Below, piece after piece: positions 57,273-64,000 of a stretch of 64,000 bases of DNA (positions within the stretch are counted from its first letter, which is position 1; each line of letters opens with the position of its first letter). The stretch is from an uncultured virus (IMG/VR IMGVR_UViG_3300025751_000004). Taxonomy: Duplodnaviria > Heunggongvirae > Uroviricota > Caudoviricetes. The notes under the pieces were generated by a model. That model saw only the letters and a program-made list of their open reading frames with translations. It made no database searches and had not been told where the DNA came from. The translations under genes and the position numbers were made by a program. The stretch lies in the IMG/VR virus record IMGVR_UViG_3300025751_000004, one strand, 5' to 3'.

Positions 57273-59315
57273 TTATCGTCTCACGTAGGGCGTATTTCCA
57301 CCTGCTATACCTTGTTGCCCGCTTACTCCACTACCACTTAAAGAACTGCCCAGTAACGCTATCGCGTCTTGATATAGATTTAACATGCCTGAAGCCTCAA
57401 AATACAAATCTGTCTGGTATCTTGCGGCCTTTCGTATCTCATCCCCAGTTAGATCATTCTGTAGCTGTACAATTCTTGTTTCAATGGCTGACTTTTTGTC
57501 GTCTGTTGCCATTGACAGTCGCTCTCTAAGCGCATCTATCTCCCCCTGTTTTGTATCTGTAAGCACTTTTAATTCTGCGAGATATGTGGCGTCGTAGCTT
57601 GCCATGACTTTACCAGCTAGTGTTCTTGCTTCTGAGTCTAGTTCGGCTTCTCTTTTTGCTAAATCTTTAGCTGCTGCAGCGTCTAGTCGTTTGTTCTCTG
57701 TTATGTCCGCTATTTGCGCTTTCTCTAGCTCAATCTCGTTTGTTCTTTTCATTACTGCTATTTTGGCTCGTTCAAGATCTTTCTGTTCAGCATCGCTTTG
57801 CTGCTCGTATGCAAACTTTTTAGCATCTAGGTCAGCCCTCAAAACGGCTAAATCTCTGTTTGCTGCAATATTCTGACTGGTTCTAAGGTTAGCCATTTTC
57901 TCAGAGTATACTTTTGCAGCAGCCTCTACAGAAGCCTTCCCTAAATCACTGTCTATCTGCATACCTGAAAGTTCAATCGCATTACGCTCATTAAGTCTGA
58001 GGCGTCTGTCTTTCTTCTGGCGCATACGTTCATTCATTGCACCTGCGGCAATCCCTGCCCCCGTATAGCCAAGGCTAGATGTACCCGCAGCGCCTATGAG
58101 AGCCGCCGTAATCCGATTAAATTTTTCCTGTTGTGGGTTATAGTCGCGTTCTTCTAGCGCTTTCATTTCGTCAATCATCCGCTCTATAGCGTCTGCTTTT
58201 TCAGAACGACCAGTTATTTCGTCTACGAGACTCGCAGTGTCTCGGAAACTAGACTGCATATCAATGTCGCCTACACCCATCGGATCTTTTATTTGGCCCC
58301 GCTTAAACTCGTCTAACGTGCTATCTAGTGTATTTTGTGCAATTGTAGGTTTTTCTCGTGGAGCGTCTGCTTCCACTGCGGCAGGGGGTGCTAATTGCGC
58401 AGGTGCCTTTGGCGGCGATAAAGAAGCTATGCCCGAGCCTTGCTCGCCAACAGTGGTGGGCAACATCGTTTCCGTACCCCGTTCTGCAGCTAGCGATAGT
58501 TGATTTGAAAAATCAAAATCTCCTATTTTATTTACAGGGTTTGTAGAGTCAGGTATGCCAATGTTTGCCCCTAAAGCAGAAAAGTTAAAGGGAGCACGCT
58601 CTCCCGCAGTTGCTTCAAACTTAGGAAAATCATCTACCAAAGCCTTTAATTGTCTAGCAGTAAGTTCACCCGAATTTAATTTTTTTATGATTTGCTGTGC
58701 TTGAGCGCGTCTAGTGCTAGACTGTGTTTTAAAAAACCCTTCTCCGTAATTAGCATAAGGCCCATATGCGTTACGAACCGCCGCTCTTAGTTGGTTTTGT
58801 GGGTTATTAGGATCGTCTACAGGGGAAGTGAGAAAATCTGCTATTGTTCCAATACCGCGCCCAAACGGTGAACTATCGACACTACCGCCCGGTTGGAATG
58901 CAACAATGCCCCCACCAGCTAACTTCTTAGGCATAGCACCTTTAGGCATACCCGGCATACCCATCAAACCAGCTATACCCCCTTGTGGTCTAGGAGTTCT
59001 GGCTAATTGCTGCAGGTTTTTTGCTTGATCACTTTGACGTTTACCTAAAATACCCTGCGTTTGCTTGACCATATCATCTTTAGTACGCTGAAACATTTCT
59101 TGTTCGCGCTGCTGTTTTATGGTGCTGGGCTGTTGTTGCATCTTTAACTGCATATCACGTGCAGCAGCATCCTTCTCAGACTTCAACTTTTGCAGGGCAA
59201 GAAGGTCTATCAACTCTTGGTTTTGTTGGTAACGTTGCATAAGCTGTTGTGGGTTAGCACGATATGCGTCCACTTTACGTTGGACCTCTTCGTCCATTCT
59301 CTGGTTACCGATCAT
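57273..59315 (-). CDS. internal virion protein
   Basis: 680 aa, Gln/Ala-rich coiled-coil, LAGGGIVAFQPGGSV motif. Confidence 0.7.
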   Translation of the reverse strand: MIGNQRMDEEVQRKVDAYRANPQQLMQRYQQNQELIDLLALQKLKSEKDAAARDMQLKMQQQPSTIKQQREQEMFQRTKDDMVKQTQGILGKRQSDQAKNLQQLARTPRPQGGIAGLMGMPGMPKGAMPKKLAGGGIVAFQPGGSVDSSPFGRGIGTIADFLTSPVDDPNNPQNQLRAAVRNAYGPYANYGEGFFKTQSSTRRAQAQQIIKKLNSGELTARQLKALVDDFPKFEATAGERAPFNFSALGANIGIPDSTNPVNKIGDFDFSNQLSLAAERGTETMLPTTVGEQGSGIASLSPPKAPAQLAPPAAVEADAPREKPTIAQNTLDSTLDEFKRGQIKDPMGVGDIDMQSSFRDTASLVDEITGRSEKADAIERMIDEMKALEERDYNPQQEKFNRITAALIGAAGTSSLGYTGAGIAAGAMNERMRQKKDRRLRLNERNAIELSGMQIDSDLGKASVEAAAKVYSEKMANLRTSQNIAANRDLAVLRADLDAKKFAYEQQSDAEQKDLERAKIAVMKRTNEIELEKAQIADITENKRLDAAAAKDLAKREAELDSEARTLAGKVMASYDATYLAELKVLTDTKQGEIDALRERLSMATDDKKSAIETRIVQLQNDLTGDEIRKAARYQTDLYFEASGMLNLYQDAIALLGSSLSGSGVSGQQGIAGGNTPYVRR

Positions 59316-59320
59316 AACAC

Positions 59321-60157
59321 TTATTCCTTGCCCATGCCAAACGCTTCACCAAACAAATTCATAATCCCTCCTGCGCCACCTAAAACGTTAGACAACATAG
59401 AAGGTTCTACATAGCTATAAGACTGCGCAGCTATTGGTAGATTTTGCAGTAGTGACTGCATGTACTGAACTTGTTTATACGGGAAGTCTCTTTCTTCCTC
59501 GAACTGCATTCTATCAGCGGTTATGCCCTGCTGTTCAATATCTCTTTGCGTTGCGCCGAGGTCTGCTTGTTTTGTAATAGCCGCAAGTCCGTAAAGGTTA
59601 GCAGCGTCCTGTGCTTTCATAGCCCTATCTTGCTCTGTATTAAACTGCCCCATCGCCGTATTGTATGCGTCTCTGTACCCCTCACCTGTTATACCAGCCA
59701 AGTTTTGCAGTAAGTTGCGGCTAGACTCTGCCCCGACCAATGCGGAACGCGCTCCACCATAAGCCCCCGCTTGTGTAAGCCGTCCTTGATCCTGCAGCAA
59801 TTGAATCATTGCCTGCCGCCGCGCCTCATCAATTTGAGGTTGCAATGCTGCTTGGAGGTACGGATTCATGTACGTTTGAGCGTTTTCAGCGGTAAAAGTT
59901 TGAGGTGTATATGCTCCCATCGCGTCAGTAGGTATTGTGAGATTCGCTAATCCTTGAAACGCCGTAGATTGTAGATCGGATTCTCCAGCCGTAAGTGGAC
60001 CCATGTAGGCTTCGTAGGGCTGTTCAGCAAGCGCCCTACCTCTGCCGAGCATCTCCGTTACATACGGACCTGCGTATTCAGATAAAACGCCTTCTCTACC
60101 TGTTTCTTGCCCTACTAGAGGGTCCAAAGGTGCTTTTACAGTTGATTCCGTTGCCAT
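59321..60157 (-). CDS. internal virion / DNA pilot-like protein
   Basis: YMNPY, QAGAYGGAR, Gln-rich; Gly-rich hydrophobic C-terminus. Confidence 0.7.
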   Translation of the reverse strand: MATESTVKAPLDPLVGQETGREGVLSEYAGPYVTEMLGRGRALAEQPYEAYMGPLTAGESDLQSTAFQGLANLTIPTDAMGAYTPQTFTAENAQTYMNPYLQAALQPQIDEARRQAMIQLLQDQGRLTQAGAYGGARSALVGAESSRNLLQNLAGITGEGYRDAYNTAMGQFNTEQDRAMKAQDAANLYGLAAITKQADLGATQRDIEQQGITADRMQFEEERDFPYKQVQYMQSLLQNLPIAAQSYSYVEPSMLSNVLGGAGGIMNLFGEAFGMGKE

Positions 60158-60165
60158 GTATCACC

Positions 60166-60831
60166 TCACGCGGGTAGCATTTTTCTAGGGTCAATTTCTT
60201 TACCCTGTTTTTCATTGCCTGTACGGGCCTTACGTACACGAGATAGCATATTGTCTAATACTTTAGCCCCTGCCTCTGAACTTCCGTTACCTAAATGACT
60301 AACTACATCAGCAGGGATTACGTATTCACCGTCACTTAAACGTGCTTCTTGCATACCATCTATGTTTGCACGGACTTTATCAGCCATCCCATCAGTATCG
60401 CCATCTAAATACCGACCCTTTTTAAGTTCGGCTATACCCCCTGCCGCCATTGTAGTTATAGGTTGTCTTTCTTCCCTTGCAGGGTTTGCTTTGTTTATAG
60501 CGGCTAACCCTGCTGCGCTCATAGGAGTTGGGGCGTTAGGTGTAACGTATTGCATGTCTGTAAAATAACGCTGTCCTCCACTTCCGGGTCGTCTGTTTGG
60601 GTCAAACGTATCAGGTACACGCTGTCTAGTCGAAGTATATCTTGGTATATCTCCTTGGTAGCCCACTTTGGGGCGTTCCCCTTGCCCAATTCCTAATGCG
60701 TTCAAACCTGCGGAGAATAAAATAGGCCCAAAGGGATTACCGCTTGTAAGCCCTGCAAAACTATCTTTGGTAATCGGGTCATCCGAATTAAAGTCTAGGT
60801 CGATTCCTGTAAGATCAGAAAGCCAACTCAT
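60166..60831 (-). CDS. virion protein
   Basis: MAAGGIA...G.TDGMAD.V.A......ARLSDGEYVIPADVV motif. Confidence 0.7.
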   Translation of the reverse strand: MSWLSDLTGIDLDFNSDDPITKDSFAGLTSGNPFGPILFSAGLNALGIGQGERPKVGYQGDIPRYTSTRQRVPDTFDPNRRPGSGGQRYFTDMQYVTPNAPTPMSAAGLAAINKANPAREERQPITTMAAGGIAELKKGRYLDGDTDGMADKVRANIDGMQEARLSDGEYVIPADVVSHLGNGSSEAGAKVLDNMLSRVRKARTGNEKQGKEIDPRKMLPA

Positions 60832-60832
60832 A

Positions 60833-63800
60833 CTACCCTCCTAGTATACGCAATAATGCGTCTGTTTCATCTTCTACCATACCACCCGATAAAAAACCAG
60901 TGGCTTGTCTTCTTGTATCATATGGAGAAACAAATAAACTTTCCTGAGTAGGAGTAGCAAATATACTCTCACCACCAATGTCATACATGTATTTAAGTTG
61001 GAATGGGTCAGGCGGCGTGACTTTTACTCCACGCGCTGCGGCTGCTAATTGCATAAGCCCCTGTTGCTGCTGCTGTCTTTTTGCCGCCTCTTGTTGTGCT
61101 TGCTGCGTATTTATTAAGGTGTTTAGCTGTGTGTTTAGATTAGTGTTTAACTCAGTATTCAGCGCTGTCTGAGCGTCTATCTGGCTTTGCAGGTCTTGTA
61201 TGGTTTGTTGCTGGGTATCAATCGTACCATATAACCCCGTAGCAGGCGTAAACATAGAAGTATCTGCAAGCTGCACATCTTGTCCTGCAAAGGCTTGTTG
61301 TAGCAAATTAAGATCAGCGTCATTTACGATACCATCTCCGGTGACATCGTATTGCTGTATTTGCAACTCGCTCAAAACCTGATCTTGTGCGATGGTATCT
61401 GCTACGAAATCAATATCTACTTGCGTGACATTCTGTGCAGGCTTGCCGATAATATTTGCAATTTCATTTGATAGTGCGCCCAAACCTTCATCTATACTGG
61501 CGTATATACCTGTGGCTGCAGTGTCATCGGTAGCAGGACCACCAATAATAGCGAGAAGATCGTCTTTTGTAGTGCCAATAGTATTTAACAGGTTTGTCTC
61601 TGTAGTTCCTAACGCGGTAGATACATCACCAATAGCAAGAGAAAGTGCTTCGTCACGCTCTACACCCGCATTTTCATATTGTTTTATTGTAGCAAACAAA
61701 CCTGTTGGGTCTTGGCTCTCGTCTACATCTAGTGTGTTGGGGTCATCAAGTACCTCGGGTGTCCCTAATATACCTGCAAGACCACTAATATCCTCACCAA
61801 GAGAAGTTTCTACAGCACCAATAGCTTTTTCTAAGTCAGTCTTTGTAGTACCTAAATTATCAGCAACTGCTTGTATTGCGTCATCTCGTGTAGACCCGCT
61901 TGCTACAAGGTCAGCAATATCTGCAAATATACCCGTAGCTTCAGCATCATCAGTAGCGGGTGTGCCAAGCTCTGTACCGATAACACTAGTTATTTGTTCG
62001 GTAACATCTATATTTGCAATCGCTGTTTCTAGGGCAGTTTTTGTAGTACCTAAATTATCAGCAATTGTTTGTATTGCTTCATCTCGTGTAGATCCGCTTG
62101 CTACAAGGTCAGCAATATCTGCAAATATACCTGTAGGATCTTGGGTTTCATCCACATCTAACGTGTCAGGATCATCTTCAACTGCAGGCGTGCCTATAAC
62201 ATCTGCAAGGTCGCCAATATCCTCACCAAGAGAAGTTTCTACATCACCAATAGCTTTTTCTAAATCTTCTTTGGTAGTCCCTAACTGTTTTAATACTTCG
62301 GCTTCTGTAAGGCCAAGATTAGTAGATAGCGCATCAATTGCTTCTTGGAGTGCAGCGTCTTTTGCGGAGCCTTCTTCAATTGCTTTGTATATACCCGTAG
62401 CTTCTTTGGATTCATCTTCAGGTGTATTTGGATCGTCCGCAACCGAGGGTGACCCTATGGTTTTAGACATTAGGTTATACGTAGCGGTCGGTAGATAACT
62501 TTCTAATTTAGCGCGTTGGAATGCTTCAAAGCCTGCAGGATCATAGTCTTCGGATTCAGGATCGAACTGCCCAACAAACCTATCCACATCCTCCTGTGCT
62601 ACATCTACAAGACCTAACTCTTCATAGGCTGCGCGAGCCTCACTTGCGCTAAAGAATCGTGGGTCTACATATTCATTAATTGCTGCTTTTTGCGCGACTT
62701 GGTAGTTTTCGTCGTTTAGCTGCCCTGTAAATTGTTCAATGTCTGATTGTGAGGGTTGATACCCAATAGCACTTAAAAATTCTTCTGCCTCTACTGCAGT
62801 AACTTGTCTTGGGTCTACGTATGCACCAATAGCACTGGTTTGTGTTTCTTCTGTTTTAGACGCTACAAACTGCGCTATCTCTTCTGGCGTTGCGCTATAC
62901 CCTGTATTTGCAAAAAATTCTGTAGCTTCTTCTAAGGTGGTCGCTAATGGATCATATTCTGCACGCGCTGCCGATAGTTTTTCGGTTTGGTAGTTTGCGG
63001 CTACGCCTTGACCTACATATGTAGCTGCTAAAGCATCGGTTAGTGTAAGCCCTTCTTCAGCAGCAATCGCCTGTACTTCTGCAAGGGTAACCTGACGTGG
63101 GTCTACATAAGATGCAATAGCTGCAGCTTGTTCTGTTTCAGGTACTTGAGCGACAAACTCTGCAATTTCTTCGTCGGTTGCCTCATAACCTAAATTGGCA
63201 AAGAACTGACGCGCTTCTTCGTCTGTAACTTGACGTGGATCAACGAACTGTCCAACCGCTGTTTCTTGCGCGGCTTGATCTAGTTGTCCAACAAACTGTG
63301 CAACCTGCTCATCGGTAGGCGTAAAGCCCAGTGCATCAAATGCGGCACGAACTTCTGCTTCTGTGGTTTGACGCGGGTCAACGAACTGTCTAACCGCTGT
63401 TTCTTGCGCGGCTTGATCTAGTTGTCCAACAAACTGTGCAACCTCTTCATCGGTGGGTGTAAACCCTGCAGCTTCAAATGCTGAACGAACTTCTGCTTCT
63501 GTGGTTTGACGTGGATCAACGAACTGTCCAACCGCTGTTTCCTGTGCAGCTTGATCTAGTTGTCCAACAAACTGTGCAACCTGCTCATCGGTGGGTGTAA
63601 AGCCCAGTGCAGCAAATGCTGAACGAACTTCTGCTTCTGTGGTCTGACGCGGATCAACGAACTGTCTAACCGCTGTTTCCTGTGCAGCTTGATCTAGTTG
63701 TCCAACAAACTGTGCAACCTCTTCATCGGTGGGTGTAAACCCTGCAGCTTCAAATGCTGAACGAACTTCTGCTTCTGTGGTTTGACGCGGGTCAACGAAC

Positions 63801-64000
63801 TGTCCAACCGCTGTTTCTTGCGCGGCTTGATCTAGTTGTCCAACAAACTGTGCAACCTGCTCATCGGTGGGTGTAAAGCCCAGTGCAGCAAATGCTGAAC
63901 GAACTTCTGCTTCTGTGGTTTGACGCGGGTCAACGAACTGTCTAACCGCTGTTTCTTGCGCGGCTTGATCTAGTTGTCCAACAAACTGTGCAACCTCTTC
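60833..64000 (-). CDS. 3' part of the giant repeat protein (joins 4665..1)
   Basis: The 584-aa track ORF extends in frame upstream of its GTG toward 64000 (EEVAQFVGQLDQAAQETAVRQFVDPRQTTEAEVR repeats). Confidence 0.85.
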   Translation of the reverse strand, partial: EEVAQFVGQLDQAAQETAVRQFVDPRQTTEAEVRSAFAALGFTPTDEQVAQFVGQLDQAAQETAVGQFVDPRQTTEAEVRSAFEAAGFTPTDEEVAQFVGQLDQAAQETAVRQFVDPRQTTEAEVRSAFAALGFTPTDEQVAQFVGQLDQAAQETAVGQFVDPRQTTEAEVRSAFEAAGFTPTDEEVAQFVGQLDQAAQETAVRQFVDPRQTTEAEVRAAFDALGFTPTDEQVAQFVGQLDQAAQETAVGQFVDPRQVTDEEARQFFANLGYEATDEEIAEFVAQVPETEQAAAIASYVDPRQVTLAEVQAIAAEEGLTLTDALAATYVGQGVAANYQTEKLSAARAEYDPLATTLEEATEFFANTGYSATPEEIAQFVASKTEETQTSAIGAYVDPRQVTAVEAEEFLSAIGYQPSQSDIEQFTGQLNDENYQVAQKAAINEYVDPRFFSASEARAAYEELGLVDVAQEDVDRFVGQFDPESEDYDPAGFEAFQRAKLESYLPTATYNLMSKTIGSPSVADDPNTPEDESKEATGIYKAIEEGSAKDAALQEAIDALSTNLGLTEAEVLKQLGTTKEDLEKAIGDVETSLGEDIGDLADVIGTPAVEDDPDTLDVDETQDPTGIFADIADLVASGSTRDEAIQTIADNLGTTKTALETAIANIDVTEQITSVIGTELGTPATDDAEATGIFADIADLVASGSTRDDAIQAVADNLGTTKTDLEKAIGAVETSLGEDISGLAGILGTPEVLDDPNTLDVDESQDPTGLFATIKQYENAGVERDEALSLAIGDVSTALGTTETNLLNTIGTTKDDLLAIIGGPATDDTAATGIYASIDEGLGALSNEIANIIGKPAQNVTQVDIDFVADTIAQDQVLSELQIQQYDVTGDGIVNDADLNLLQQAFAGQDVQLADTSMFTPATGLYGTIDTQQQTIQDLQSQIDAQTALNTELNTNLNTQLNTLINTQQAQQEAAKRQQQQQGLMQLAAAARGVKVTPPDPFQLKYMYDIGGESIFATPTQESLFVSPYDTRRQATGFLSGGMVEDETDALLRILGG
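63230..64000 (-). repeat. 138-bp (46-aa) coding tandem repeat
   Basis: ACGAACTTCTGCTTCTGTGG recurs at 63347, 63485, 63623, 63761, 63899 and at 1 and 139. Confidence 0.9.

Noticed and set aside
55901..62498. Long plus-strand ORFs (55901, 56717, 61392) and similar antisense ORFs over the late region
   Set aside because: Ser/Ala/Pro-rich shadows of the real minus-strand genes
1..64000. tRNA, rRNA or IS elements
   Set aside because: No cloverleaf with T-loop/CCA, rRNA-like sequence or transposase recognised by eye

Overview
The window holds an essentially complete ~63.9 kb lytic-type podovirus-like phage genome. Bases 1-102 are identical to 63899-64000, so the assembly is circular and broken inside a 138-bp tandem repeat. 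A marine alphaproteobacterial host is an inference only. The minus-strand late module (31.6 kb down to 1, wrapping round to 50.9 kb) encodes terminase, portal, a GroES-like protein, scaffold, major capsid, tail adaptors, four paralogous tail fibres, an amidase/holin/spanin lysis set and several large internal virion proteins. One of these is a ~2,600-aa repeat protein spanning the window junction that the ORF track misses. The plus-strand early/middle module (31.9-50.9 kb) encodes an AAA/VWA triad, VRR-NUC, family A DNA polymerase, a Cas4-like exonuclease, HNH, SNF2 helicase, SSB and a primase-helicase. The standout is at 39.3-41.5 kb: a stand-alone RAMP/Cas7-like gene followed directly by a ~660-nt non-coding array of 13 units. 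Each unit is a GGCGGT-NNN header plus 6-11 GGY-NN pentamers with strict phasing, and the array is followed by a 164-aa gene and a structured RNA. This looks like a non-CRISPR RNA-guided system whose guide information lies in the variable dinucleotides; from memory it resembles the recently reported VIPR systems. The early region also carries nine copies of a 16-bp palindrome, a second dispersed 12-13-mer and a candidate IHF-bound origin.
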